Below, piece after piece: positions 1 to 14,250 of a stretch of 64,000 nucleotides of DNA. A model generated the notes under the pieces. That model searched no databases. It saw only the letters and a program-made list of their open reading frames with translations, and was not told the DNA's origin. This DNA comes from Squalus acanthias (Eukaryota), in NCBI GenBank assembly GCA_030390025.1, contig CM059432.1, positions 81,656,001-81,720,000 on the forward strand. The letters are read 5' to 3'. How positions within the stretch are numbered: position 1 is the first letter of the stretch; the number at the start of each line of letters is the position of its first letter. The position numbers were made by a program, and so were the translations under genes.

Positions 1-873
1 CTCCCACCGCTTTATACTTTCTGTCTCTCTCCCACCACTTTATACTCTCTCTCTCTCCCACCAATTTATACTCTCTCTCTCTCTCTCTCTCTCTCCATCG
101 ACTTTATACTTTCTCTCTGTCTCTCCCACCACTTTATACTCTCTGTCTCTCTCCCACCAATTTATACTCTCTCTCTCTCCCATCAATTTATACTCTCTCT
201 CTCTCCCACCACTTTATACTCTTTCTCTATCTCTCCCTCCGTTTTATACTCTCTCTCTCACTCTCTCCCACCAATTTATACTCTCTCTCTCTCTCTCCCA
301 ACACTTTATTCTCTCTCTCTCTCCCACCAATTTATACTCTCTCTCTATCTCTCTCTCTCCCACCACTTTATACTCTCTCTCTCTCTCCCACCACTTTATT
401 CTCTCTCACTCTCTCCCACCAATTTATACTCTCTCTCTCTCTCTCCCAACACTTTATTCTCTCTCTCTCTCCCACCAATTTATACTCTCTCTCTATCTCT
501 CTCTCTCCCACCACTTTATACTCTCTCTCTCTCTCCCACCGCTTTATACTCTCTCTCTCTCACACCATTTTATACTCTCTGTTTCTCTCTCTCTCCTACC
601 GCTTTATACTCTCTCTCTCTCTTTCTCTCTCTCTCCCACCACTTTATACTCTCTCTCTCACTCCCACCACTTTATACTCTCTCTCTCTCTCTCTTCCATC
701 ACTTTATACTCTCTCTCTCTCTCCTACCACTTTATACACTCTCTCTCTCCCACCACTTTATACTCTCTCTCTCTCTCTCCTACCACTTTATACACTCTCT
801 CTCTCCCACCACTTTATACTCTCTCTCTCTCTCTCTCCTACCACTTTATACACTCTCTCTCTCCCACCACTTT

Positions 874-911
<38 letters not shown>

Positions 912-3900
912 CCACCCCTTTATACTCTCTCTCTCTCTCTTTCTCTCCCACCCCTTTATACTTTCTCTCTCTCTCCCCCACCGCTTTATACTCTCTCTCT
1001 CTCTCTCTTTCCCACCACTTTATACTCTCTCTCTCTCTCTCTCCCACCAATTTATACTCTCTCTCTCTCTCTCTCCCACTGCTTTATACTCTCTCTCTCT
1101 CTCTCTCTCCCACCGATTTATACTCTCTCTCTCTCTCCCGCCACTTTATACTCTCTCTCTCTCTCCCACTGCTTTATACTCACTCTCTCTCTCTCTCTCT
1201 CCCACCGCTTTATACTCTCTCTCTCTCTCTCCCACCGCTTTATACTCACTCTCTCTCTCTCTCTCTCTCTCTCCCACCGCTTTATACTCTCTCTCTCTCC
1301 CACCACTTTATACTCTCTCTCTCTCTCCCACCAATTTATACACTCTCTCTCTCGTTCTCTCCCACCGCTTTATACTCTCTCTCTCTCTCTCCCACCACTT
1401 TATACTCTCTCTCTCTCCCACCAATTTATACACTCTCTCTCTCTCTCTCTCTCTCTCTCCCACCGCTTTATACTCTCTCTCTCTCTCCCACCACTTTATA
1501 CACTCTCTCTCTCTCTCACTGCTTTGTACTCTCTCTCTCTCTCCCACCGCTTTATACTCTCTCTCTCTCTCTCTCCCACCACTTTATACTCTCTCTCTCT
1601 CTCCCACCACTTTATACTCTCTCTCTCTCTCCTACCACTTTATACACTCTCTCTCTCTCTCTCTCTCCCACCACTTTATACTCTCTCTCTCTCTCCCACC
1701 ACTTTATACTCTCTCTCTCTCTCCTACCACTTTATACACTCTCTCTCTCTCTCTCTCTCCTACCACTTTATACACTCTCTCTCTCTCTCTCTCTCCCACC
1801 AATTTATACTCTCCCTCTCTCTCTCTCTCCATCGACTTTATACTTTCACTCTGTCTCTCCCTCCACTTTATACTCCCTGTCTCTCTCCCACCAATTTATA
1901 CTTTCTCTCTCTCCCATCAATTTATACTCTCTCTCTATCTCTCTCTCTCCCACCACTTTATACTCTTTCTCTATCTCTCCCTCCGTTTTATACTCTCTCT
2001 ATCACTCTCTCCCACCAATTTATACTCTCTCTCTCTCTTCCACCACTTTATTCTCTCTCTCTCTCTCCACCAATTTATACTCTATCTCTATCTCTCTCTC
2101 TCCCACCACTTTATACTCTCTCTTTCTCTCTCTCTCCCACCACTTTATACTCTCTCTCTCTCTCTCGCCCTCTGCTTTATACTCTCTCTCTCTCTCTCTC
2201 TTTCTCTGCCACCCCTTTATACTCTCTCTCTCTCTCTTTCTCTCCCACCCTTTATACTTTCTCTCTCTCTCCCCCACCGCTTTATACTCTCTCTCTCTCT
2301 CTTTCCCACCACTTTATAATCTCTCTCTCTCTCTCTCTCCATCGACTTTATACTTTCTCTCTGTCTCTCCCTCCACTTTATACTCTCTGTCTCTCTCCCA
2401 CCAATTTATACTCTCTCTCTCCCATCAATTTATACTCTCTCTCTATCTCTCTCTCTCCCACCACTTTATACTCTTTCTCTATCTCTCCCTCCGTTTTATA
2501 CTCTCTCTCTCACTCTCTCCCACCAATTTATACTCTCTCTCTCTCTCTCTTCCACCACTTTATTCTCTCTCTCTCTCTCCCACCAATTTATACTCTATCT
2601 CTATCTCTCTCTCTCCCACCACTTTATACTCTCTCTTTCTCTCTCTCTCCCACCACTTTATACTCTCTCTCTCTCTCTCGCCCTCTGCTTTATACTCTCT
2701 CTCTCGCTCTCTCTTTCTCTCCCACCCCTTTATACTCTCTCTCTCTCTCTTTCTCTCCCACCCCTTTATACTTTCTCTCTCTCCCCCGCCGCTTTATACT
2801 CTCTCTCTCTCTCTCTCTCTCCCACCACTTTATACTCTTTCTCTATCTCTCCCTCCGTTTTATACTCTCTCTATCACTCTCTCCCACCAATTTATACTCT
2901 CTCTCTCTCTTCCACCACTTTATTCTCTCTCTCTCTCTCCACCAATTTATACTCTATCTCTATCTCTCTCTCTCCCACCACTTTATACTCTCTCTTTCTC
3001 TCTCTCTCCCACCACTTTATACTCTCTCTCTCTCTCTCGCCCTCTGCTTTATACTCTCTCTCTCTCTCTCTCTTTCTCTGCCACCCCTTTATACTCTCTC
3101 TCTCTCTCTTTCTCTCCCACCCTTTATACTTTCTCTCTCTCTCCCCCACCGCTTTATACTCTCTCTCTCTCTCTTTCCCACCACTTTATAATCTCTCTCT
3201 CTCTCTCTCTCCATCGACTTTATACTTTCTCTCTGTCTCTCCCTCCACTTTATACTCTCTGTCTCTCTCCCACCAATTTATACTCTCTCTCTCCCATCAA
3301 TTTATACTCTCTCTCTATCTCTCTCTCTCCCACCACTTTATACTCTTTCTCTATCTCTCCCTCCGTTTTATACTCTCTCTCTCACTCTCTCCCACCAATT
3401 TATACTCTCTCTCTCTCTCTTCCACCACTTTATTCTCTCTCTCTCTCTCCCACCAATTTATACTCTATCTCTATCTCTCTCTCTCCCACCACTTTATACT
3501 CTCTCTTTCTCTCTCTCTCCCACCACTTTATACTCTCTCTCTCTCTCTCGCCCTCTGCTTTATACTCTCTCTCTCGCTCTCTCTTTCTCTCCCACCCTTT
3601 ATACTCTCTCTCTCTCTCTTTCTCTCCCACCCCTTTATACTTTCTCTCTCTCTCCCCCGCCGCTTTATACTCTCTCTCTCTCTCTCTTTCCCACCACTTT
3701 ATACTCTCTCTCTCTCTCTCCCACCAATTTATACTCTCTCTCTCTCTCTCCCACTGCTTTATACTCTCTGTCTCTCTCTCTCTCTCCACCGATTTATACT
3801 CTCTCTCTCTCTCCCGCCACTTTATACTCTCTCTCTCTCTCTCCCACCGCTTTATACTCACTCTCTCTCTCTCTCTCTCCCACCGCTTTATACTCTCTCT

Positions 3901-6900
3901 CTCTCCGCCACTTTATACTCTCTCTCTCTCTCCCACCAATTTATACACTCTCTCTCTCGTTCTCTCCCACCGCTTTATACTCTCTCTCTCTCTCCCACCG
4001 CTTTATACTTTCTGTCTCTCTCCCACCACTTTATACTCTCTCTCTCTCCCACCAATTTATACTCTCTCTCTCTCTCTCTCTCTCCATCGACTTTATACTT
4101 TCTCTCTGTCTCTCCCACCACTTTATACTCTCTGTCTCTCTCCCACCAATTTATACTCTCTCTCTCTCCCATCAATTTATACTCTCTCTCTCTCCCACCA
4201 CTTTATACTCTCTCTCCCTCTCCCACCACTTTATACTCTCTCTCTCTCTCTCCCACCGCTTTATACTTTCTGTCTCTCTCCCACCACTTTATACTCTCTC
4301 TCTCTCCCACCAATTTATACTCTCTCTCTCTCTCTCTCTCTCTCCATCGACTTTATACTTTCTCTCTGTCTCTCCCACCACTTTATACTCTCTGTCTCTC
4401 TCCCACCAATTTATACTCTCTCTCTCTCCCATCAATTTATACTCTCTCTCTCTCCCACCACTTTATACTCTTTCTCTATCTCTCCCTCCGTTTTATACTC
4501 TCTCTCTCACTCTCTCCCACCAATTTATACTCTCTCTCTCTCTCTCCCAACACTTTATTCTCTCTCTCTCTCCCACCAATTTATACTCTCTCTCTATCTC
4601 TCTCTCTCCCACCACTTTATACTCTCTCTCTCTCTCCCACCACTTTATTCTCTCTCTCTCTCTCCCACCAATTTATACTCTCTCTCTATCTCTCTCTCTC
4701 CCACCGCTTTATACTCTCTCTCTCTCACACCATTTTATACTCTCTGTTTCTCTCTCTCTCTCCTACCGCTTTATACTCTCTCTCTCTCTTTCTCTCTCTC
4801 TCCCACCACTTTATACTCTCTCTCTCACTCCCACCACTTTATACTCTCTCTCTCTCTCTTCCATCACTTTATACTCTCTCTCTCTCTCTCTCCTACCACT
4901 TTATACACTCTCTCTCTCCCACCACTTTATACTCTCTCTCTCTCTCTCCTACCACTTTATACACTCTCTCTCTCCCACCACTTTATACTCTCTCTCTCTC
5001 TCTCTCCTACCACTTTATACACTCTCTCTCTCCCACCACTTTATACTCTCTCTCTCTCTCTTTCTCTCCCACCCCTTTATACTCTCTCTCTCTCTCTTTC
5101 TCTCCCACCCTTTATACTTCTCTCTCTCTCCCCCACCGCTTTATACTCTCTCTCTCTCTCTCTTTCCCACCACTTTATACTCTCTCTCTCTCTCTCTCCC
5201 ACCAATTTATACTCTCTCTCTCTCTCTCTCCCACTGCTTTATACTCTCTCTCTCTCTCTCTCTCTCCCACCGATTTATACTCTCTCTCTCTCTCCCGCCA
5301 CTTTATACTCTCTCTCTCTCTCCCACTGCTTTATACTCACTCTCTCTCTCTCTCTCTCCCACCGCTTTATACTCTCTCTCTCTCTCTCCCACCGCTTTAT
5401 ACTCACTCTCTCTCTCTCTCTCTCTCTCCCACCGCTTTATACTCTCTCTCTCTCCCACCACTTTATACTCTCTCTCTCTCTCCCACCAATTTATACACTC
5501 TCTCTCTCGTTCTCTCCCACCGCTTTATACTCTCTCTCTCTCTCTCCCACCACTTTATACTCTCTCTCTCTCCCACCAATTTATACACTCTCTCTCTCTC
5601 TCTCTCTCTCTCTCCCACCGCTTTATACTCTCTCTCTCTCTCCCACCACTTTATACACTCTCTCTCTCTCTCACTGCTTTATACTCTCTCTCTCTCTCCC
5701 ACCGCTTTATACTCTCTCTCTCTCTCTCTCCCACCACTTTATACTCTCTCTCTCTCTCCCACCACTTTATACTCTCTCTCTCTCCTACCACTTTATACAC
5801 TCTCTCTCTCTCTCTCTCTCCCACCACTTTATACTCTCTCTCTCTCTCTCCTACTGCTTTATACTCTCTCTCTCTCTCCCACCAATTTATACTCTCCCTC
5901 TCTCTCTCTCTCCATCGACTTTATACTTTCACTCTGTCTCTCCCTCCACTTTATACTCCCTGTCTCTCTCCCACCAATTTATACTTTCTCTCTCTCCCAT
6001 CAATTTATACTCTCTCTCTATCTCTCTCTCTCCCACCACTTTATACTCTTTCTCTATCTCTCCCTCCGTTTTATACTCTCTCTATCACTCTCTCCCACCA
6101 ATTTATACTCTCTCTCTCTCTTCCACCACTTTATTCTCTCTCTCTCTCTCCACCAATTTATACTCTATCTCTATCTCTCTCTCTCCCACCACTTTATACT
6201 CTCTCTTTCTCTCTCTCTCCCACCACTTTATACTCTCTCTCTCTCTCTCTTTCTCTGCCACCCCTTTATACTCTCTCTCTCTCTCTTTCTCTCCCACCCT
6301 TTATACTTTCTCTCTCTCTCCCCCACCGCTTTATACTCTCTCTCTCTCTCTTTCCCACCACTTTATAATCTCTCTCTCTCTCTCTCTCCATCGACTTTAT
6401 ACTTTCTCTCTGTCTCTCCCTCCACTTTATACTCTCTGTCTCTCTCCCACCAATTTATACTCTCTCTCTCCCATCAATTTATACTCTCTCTCTATCTCTC
6501 TCTCTCCCACCACTTTATACTCTTTCTCTATCTCTCCCTCCGTTTTATACTCTCTCTCTCACTCTCTCCCACCAATTTATACTCTCTCTCTCTCTCTTCC
6601 ACCACTTTATTCTCTCTCTCTCTCTCCCACCAATTTATACTCTATCTCTATCTCTCTCTCTCCGACCACTTTATACTCTCTCTTTCTCTCTCTCTCCCAC
6701 CACTTTATACTCTCTCTCTCTCTCTCGCCCTCTGCTTTATACTCTCTCTCTCGCTCTCTCTTTCTCTCCCACCCCTTTATACTCTCTCTCTCTCTCTTTC
6801 TCTCCCACCCCTTTATACTTTCTCTCTCTCTCCCCCGCCGCTTTATACTCTCTCTCTCTCTCTCTTTCCCACCACTTTATACTCTCTCTCTCTCTCTCCC

Positions 6901-9620
6901 ACCAATTTATACTCTCTCTCTCTCTCTCCCACTGCTTTATACTCTCTGTCTCTCTCTCTCTCTCCCACCGATTTATACTCTCTCTCTCTCTCCCGCCACT
7001 TTATACTCTCTCTCTCTCTCTCCCACCGCTTTATACTCACTCTCTCTCTCTCTCTCTCCCACCGCTTTATACTCTCTCTCTCTCCCGCCACTTTATACTC
7101 TCTCTCTCTCTCCCACCAATTTATACACTCTCTCTCTCGTTCTCTCCCACCGCTTTATACTCTCTCTCTCTCTCTCCCACCACTTTATACTCTCTCTCTC
7201 TCCCACCAATTTATACACTCTCTCTCTCTCTCTCTCTCTCCCACCGCTTTATACTCTCTCTCTCTCTCCCACCACTTTATACACTCTCTCTCTCTCACTG
7301 CTTTATACTCTCTCTCTCTCTCTCTCCCACCGCTTTATACTCTCTCTCTCTCTCTCTCCCACCACTTTATACTCTCTCTCTCTCTCTCTCCCACCACTTT
7401 ATACTCTCTCTCTCTCTCTCCCACCACTTTATACTCTCTCTCTCTCTCTCTCCCACCACTTTATACTCACTCTCTCTCTCTCCCACCACTTTATTCTCTC
7501 TCTCTCCCACCACTTTACACTCTCTCTCTTTCTCTCTCCCACCACTTTATTCTCTCTCTCTCTCCCACCACTTTATACTCTCTCTCTCTCTCCCACCAAT
7601 TTATACTCTCTCTCTCTCCCACCAATTTATACTCTCTCTCTCTCCCTCCACTTTATACTCTCTCTCTCTCCCACCAATTTATACTCTCTCTCTCTCTCTC
7701 TCTCCATCGACTTTATACTTTCTCTCTGTCTCTCCCACCACTTTATACTCTCTGTCTCTCTCCCACCAATTTATACTCTCTCTCTCTCCCATCAGTTTAT
7801 GCTCGCTCTCTCTCCCACCACTTTATACTCTTTCTCTATCTCTCCCTCCGTTTTCTACTCTCTCTCTCACTCTCTCCCACCAATTTGTACTCTCTCTCTC
7901 TCTCCCAACACTTTATTCTCTCTCTCTCTCTCCCACCAATTCATACTCTCTCTCTATCTCTCTCTCTCCCACCGCTTTATACTCTCTCTCTCTCTCACAC
8001 CACTTTATACTCTCTGTTTCTCTCTCTCACCCATCGCTTTATACTCTCTCTCTCTCTTTCTCTCTCTCTCCCACCACTTTATACTCTCTCTCTCACTCCC
8101 ACCACTTTATACTCTCTCTCTCTCTCTTCCATCACTTTATACTCTCTCTCTCTCTCTCCTACCACTTTATACACTCTCTCTCTCCCACCACTTTATACTC
8201 TCTCTCACTCTCTCTCTCTCCCACCACTTTATACTCTCTCTCTCTCTCTCCTACCACTTTATACACTCTCTCTCTCCCACCACTTTATACTCTCTCTCTC
8301 TCTCCTACCACTTTATACACTCTCTCTCTCCCACCGCTTTATACTCTCTCTCTCTCTCCCACCACTTTATACTCTCTCTCTCTCTCCCACCACTTTATAC
8401 TCTCTCTCTCTCTCCTACCACTTTATACACTCTCTCTCTCTCTCTCTCTCTCCCACCACTTTATACTCTCTCTCTCTCTCTCCTACTGCTTTATACTCTC
8501 TCTCTCTCTCCATCGACTTTATACTTTCTCTCTGTCTCTCCCACCACTTTATACTCTCTGTCTCTCTCCCACCAATTTATACTCTCTCTCTATCTCTCTC
8601 TCTCCCACCACTTTATACTCTTTCGCTATCTCTTCCTCCGTTTTATACTCTCTCTCTCACTCTCTCCCACCAATTTATACTCTCTCTCTCTCTCTTCCAC
8701 CACTTTATTCTCTCTCTCTCTCCCACCAATTTATACTCTCTCTCTATCTCTCTCTCTCCCACCACTTTATACTCTCTCTTTCTCTCTCTCTCCCACCACT
8801 TTATACTCTCTCTCTCTCTCTCGCCCTCTGCTTTATACTCTCTCTCTCTCTTTCTCTCCCACCCCTTTATACTCTCTCTCTCTCTTTCTCTCCCACCCCT
8901 TTATACTTTCTCTCTCTCTCCCCCACCGCTTTATACTCTCTCTCTCTCTCTTTCCCACCACTTTATACTCTCTCTCTCTCTCTCTCCCACCAATTTATAC
9001 TCTCTCTCTCTCTCTCCCACTGCTTTATACTCTCTCTCTCTCTCTCTCTCTCCCACCGCTTTATACTCTCTCTCTCTCTCCCGCCACTTTATACTCTCTC
9101 TCTCTCTCCCACCAATTTATACACTCTCTCTCTCGTTCTCTCCCACCGCTTTATACTCTCTCTCTCTCTCTCCCACCAATTTATACTCTCTCTCTCTCTC
9201 TCTCTCCCACCGCTTTATACTCTCTCTCTCTCTCCCACCACTTTATACGCTCTCTCTCTCACTGCTTTATACTCTCTCTCTCTCTCTCCCACCGTTTTAT
9301 ACTCTCTCTCTCTCTCTCTCCCACCACTTTATACTCTCTCTCTCTCTCTCTCCCACCACTTTATACTCTCTCTCTCTCTCTCCCACCACTTTATACTCTC
9401 TCTCTCTCTCTCTCCCACCGCTTTATACTCTCTCTCTCTCTCTCTCTCTCCCACCGCTTTATACTCTCTCTCTCTCTCTCTCTCCCACCACTTTATACTC
9501 TCTCTCTCTCCCACTGCTTCATACTCTCTCTCTCTCTCTCTCCCACCACTTTATCCTCTCTCTCTCTCTCCTACCACTTTATACTCTCACTCTCTCCCAC
9601 CACTTTATACTCTCTCTCTC
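1..9620. repeat. Polypyrimidine satellite; roughly 25-35 bp unit CCACCACTTTATAC(TC)n with variant units
   Basis: Continuous tandem units with a TTTATAC core and variable CT tracts. Long blocks recur: ORFs 2020-2277 and 2892-3149 translate identically. The array runs off the window start. Confidence 0.97.
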
Positions 9621-11285
9621 ATAGAAACATAGAAACATAGAAGATAGGAGCAGGAGTAGGCCATTCGGCTCTTCGAGCCTGCTCCGCCATTTAATGAGAT
9701 CATGGCTGATCTTCCAAATTCAGTACCCTGTCCCTGCTTTCTCCCCATATCCCTTGATCACTTTAGCCTTAAGAAATAAATCTAACTCCTTCTTGAATAT
9801 ATTTATGAATTGGCCTCAACTGCCTTCTGTGGTAGAGAATTCCATAGGTTCACCACTCTCTGGGTGAAGAAATTCCTCCTCATCTCAGTCCTAAATGGCT
9901 TACCCCTTATCCTTAGACTGTGACCCCTGGTTCTGCACTCCCCCGCCATCGGGAACATCCTTCCTGCATCTAGTCTGTCTAGTCCTGTTTGAATTTTATA
10001 AGTTTCAATGAGATCCCCTCTCATTCTTCTAAACTCCAGTGATTATAAGCCCAATCATCCCAATCTCTCTTCATACGTCATTCCTGCCATCCTAGATATC
10101 AGTCTGGTGAATCTTCGCTGCACTCCCTCCATGGCAAGAACATCCTTCCTCAGATAAGGCGACCAAAACTGCACACAATACTCAAGGTGTGGTCTCACCA
10201 AGGCCCTGTACAACTGCAGCAAGGCATCCTTGCTCCTGTACTCGAATCCTCTCGCTATGAAGGCCAACACACCATTTGCCTTCTTAACCGCCTGCTGCAC
10301 CTGCATGCTTACCTTCAGCGACTGGTGCACAAGGACTCCCAGGTATCGTTGCACTTCCACTTTTCCCAATCTATTGCCGTTCAGATAATAATCTGCCTTC
10401 CTGTTTTTGCCACCAAAGTGGATAACCTCGCATTTATCCACATTATACTGCATCTGCCATGCATCTGCCCAATCACCCAACTTGTCCAAATCATACTGGA
10501 GTTTCTCTGCATCCTCCTCACAACACACACGCCCACCCAGCTTTGTGTCATCTGCAAACTTGGAGATATTACATCTAGTTCCCTCATCTAGATCATTTAT
10601 ATGTATATATTGTGAATAACTGGGATCCTAGGACCGATCCCTGCGGTACCCCACTAGTCACTGCCTGCCACTCAGAAAAAGACCCGTTTATTCCAACTCT
10701 TTGCTTCCTGTCTGCCAACCAGTTCTCTAGCCAAGTCAATACCTTACCCCCAATCCCATGTGCTTTAACTTTGCACGCTAATCTCTTATGCGGGACCTTA
10801 TCGAAAGTCTTCTGAAAGTCCAAAAACACCACATCCACTGGTTCTCCCTTATCTTTTCTACCAGTTACATCCTCAAAAAATTCCAGTAGATTAATCAAGC
10901 ATGATTTACCTTTTGTAAATCCATGTTGACTTTGTCCGATCCTGTCACTTTTTTCCAAGTGCTCTGCTATTACATCTTTTATAATGGACTCTAGCATTTT
11001 CCCCACTACCGATGTCAGGCTTACCGTTTTCTCTCTCCCACCTTTTTTAAATAGTGGGGTTCCATTAGCTACCCTCCAATCCATGGGAACTGTTCCAGAG
11101 TCTATAGAATTTTGGAAGATGACCAGCAATGCATCTACTATTTCTCAGGCCACTTCCTTAAGTACCCTAGGATGTAGATTATCAGGCCCTGGGGATTTAT
11201 CGGCCTTCAATCCCGTCAATTTCCCGAACACCATTTCCCTACAAATACTGATTTCATTCAGTTCTTCCCTCTCATTAGACCCTAT

Positions 11286-13025
11286 GGGGGAAAAATTCAG
11301 TTGGTTGCACCTCCCGTTAGCGCCTTAAGAGGGCGCTAATGGGGCGCAAAGCAACTAGCGCCCAGGCGCGGCGACGTTTGCGCTGCTCGCGAAATTAACT
11401 AGACATTTTGTGGCAGCGCTAAACAATACCGCCACGATCTCCTGCACCGGCAGATCGTGACGTAAGTCGAGTGCGCAACGCCACAGTAGCGCCCCGGAGC
11501 GGATATTGAGTGGCGCCCCCTGCCTTACCGCCTGCCGCTAGCAATGACAGGTTGAGGGGAGCGTTTTGCAGTCAGGAAGGGACTGGGGGAGCGCTATTTA
11601 AAGGCGACCGCTTCCTGCCTTTTTTTGTTGGTGACATTTTTGAACCACGCATTCTTAGAGAGAGAGAGAGAGACTTCTGGAGAGATTCAACGCTCTGTGA
11701 AGGAGTTTTGGATACTGAGCAGCACTTTGCAGGTTCATTTTGATTTGCCCTTCCTTGTATCGATTTAGAAGAGATTGTGGGGGCTGCACTCTGAGCTCTT
11801 TGCCTGGGTCTCTCCATTGTTCTTTCCAGCAGATTTGATGTACAGGTCTCTCCAGGCCAAGATTCAAGGCTGCAATGAGCAGGATGTGGATGGAAAGCAA
11901 GATCAACCCTTCCCTTTAAGAACTGGCCTGGGCCTTTAGGCTGGATTTTGAAACTGGGGTCGGGTTGGGGTCGGGAATCACACATTCTGGCTTGTGAACC
12001 TGCCTCCATTGAGATGTCGCCAACCCACTGTATTTTCCCTTGATTGACCTTGTTGAGCCCGCCCAGTGGGCTCAGCAGGCCAATTAAGGGCCACCCGGCA
12101 ACAGGTGACGTCACAGATTGACATTTCATCTGTCAAGAGCTTTTGACAGATGAAATATCAGCGTTTGACAGCGCTTTGAAGCTGTCAAACACTCACAATA
12201 TGATTTCTAACTTCAGTCCTTCCTCTCAGGCTGAGTTAGAAATCATTCCACCACAGAAAACAGAAGGCTGCAGTTTTTGACAGAACCACGGCTTTCCTGC
12301 TTTCTGTGCCGGTGAGATTTCTAACTCCCGAGAACTGAAGGGCTGACACCTGCAGGAGGAAGTTAAGGTAAGTAAAACTTTTTCCAACACTTAGCACTTA
12401 CCTTACACACTTACCTCTGCGCACATGCACCCATCACTCACCTGCCCACCGGACATATCGACCCCTCCAACCCCTGCAGACCCACGGCCCGCCCCGATAA
12501 CTTGGTGTGGTTGCCACCTGTCGGGAAGCCAACACTTTTCTTTTTAAAATAGGGGTTATGCAAAAAACTGCCTGTTAACTACCTGTTAACAGGCAGTTAA
12601 TTGTCACTAATCCCTTCCCGCCTCCGGGAGTCGGGTCTCAGCACAGGTCGGGTACCCGCCGCCAGAGAAACTGGCATGGAGGAGGGTTGGAGGCGGGATG
12701 GGGTCGGGACCCCCGAATCTGCAACTTTAACCCCCCCCCCGCCTCCAAACCCGACTCCACGGGTCATTGAAAATCCAGCCCATTGTGTGTGTGTTCCATT
12801 GCTGACTGACATCACATGAGCTTCGCCAGCGCTCTGAGTTAGCGCCTCGCTCCTCAGTCTTTGCACCTTAAGACAGGTGTGAAGCGCCTGATTTAGCGCT
12901 CCAATCACCTCCAGGGGCGAATAAAGTCAAGTTTGCAGTCGGATGCGATAATTAATGCCAGGCGCTTATCTTTGCGCCCGGCCAATAATTGCGCCCCAAA
13001 CGGGGCAATACTGAATTTTTCCCCC
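11286..13025. mobile_element. Non-autonomous PIF/Harbinger-type TIR element (family A) in CR1 ORF2
   Basis: Perfect TIR GGGGGAAAAATTCAG...CTGAATTTTTCCCCC with 3-bp TSD TAT (11283-85 and 13026-28). CR1 sequence is contiguous once the element is removed. Confidence 0.9.
11938..12781. mobile_element. Harbinger-type MITE nested in the family A element
   Basis: Ends AGGCTGGATTTTG...AAAATCCAGCCC with flanks TTT/ATT. The sister copy at 14251-15144 has the empty site (reverse complement GCC-ATT-GTGTG). Confidence 0.85.
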
Positions 13026-14250
13026 TATGTTCCCCGACATCTCTGGGAGGTTATTTGTGTCATCCTTTCTGAAGACAGAACCAAAGTATGTATTTAATTG
13101 GTCTGCCATTTCTTTGTTCCCCATTATAAATCCCCCTGATTCTGACTGCAAGGGACCTACGCTTGACTTCACCAATCTTTTTCTCTTCACATATCTATAG
13201 AAGCTTTTACAGTCAGTTTTTATGTTCCCTGCAAGCTTACTCTCATACTCTATTTTCCCCCTCTTAATTAATCCCTTTGTCGTCCTTTGTTGAATCCTAA
13301 ACTGTTCCCAATCCTCAGGTTTGCTGCATTTTCTGGTCAATTTATATGTCCTCTCCTTGGATCTCTAGCTGTCCCTAATTTCCCTTGTTAGCCATGGTTG
13401 AGTCACCTTTTTTGTTTTATTTTTATGCTAAACAGGGATGAACAAATTCTGCAGTTCATCCATGCGATCTTTAAATGTTTGCCATTGCCTATCCACCGTC
13501 AACCCTTTAAGTAACGTTCCCCAATCCATCCTAGCCAATTTGCGCCTCATACCATCGTAGTTTCCTTTATTTAAATTCAGGACCCTAGTCTCTGAGTCAA
13601 CTACTTCCCTCTCCATCTTAATGAAGAATTCTATCATATTATGATCGCTCCTCCCCAAGGGGCCTTGCACAACAAGATTGCTAATTAATCCTTTCTCATT
13701 ACATAATACCCAGTCTAAGATGGCCTGATCTCTAGTTGGTTCCTCGACATATTGGTCCAGGAAACCATCCCGTATACACTCTAGGAATTCCTCCTCCACA
13801 GTATTGTTACTAATTTGGTTAGCCCAATCTATATGTAGATTAAAGTCACCCATGATAACTGCTGTGCCCTTATTGCACGCATCTCTAATTTCCCGTTTAA
13901 TGCCATCCCCAACCTCAGCATTACTGTTTGGGGTTCTGTATACAACTCCCACTAACATTTTCTGCCCCTTGGTATTTCTCAGCTCTACCCATACAGATTC
14001 CACATCATTAGAGCTAATATCCTTCCTTACTATTGTGTTAATCTCCTCTTTAACCAGCAATGCTACCCCACTTCCTTTTCCTTTTTGCTTGTCTTTCCTG
14101 AACATTGAATACCCCTGGATGTTGAATTCCCAGCCTTGGTCACCTTGGAGCCATGTCTCCGTAATCCCAATTATATCATATCCGTTTACATCTATTTGCA
14201 CAGCTAATTCATCCACCTTATTACGAATAGTCCTCGCATTAAGACACAAA

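Noticed and set aside
1..9620. CRISPR-like repeat/spacer appearance
   Set aside because: The 'spacers' are only variable (CT)n tracts, the context is vertebrate and there are no cas genes.
838..9640. Long ORFs (555-613 aa, SL- or ER-rich)
   Set aside because: They are translations of the stop-poor CT satellite, not proteins.
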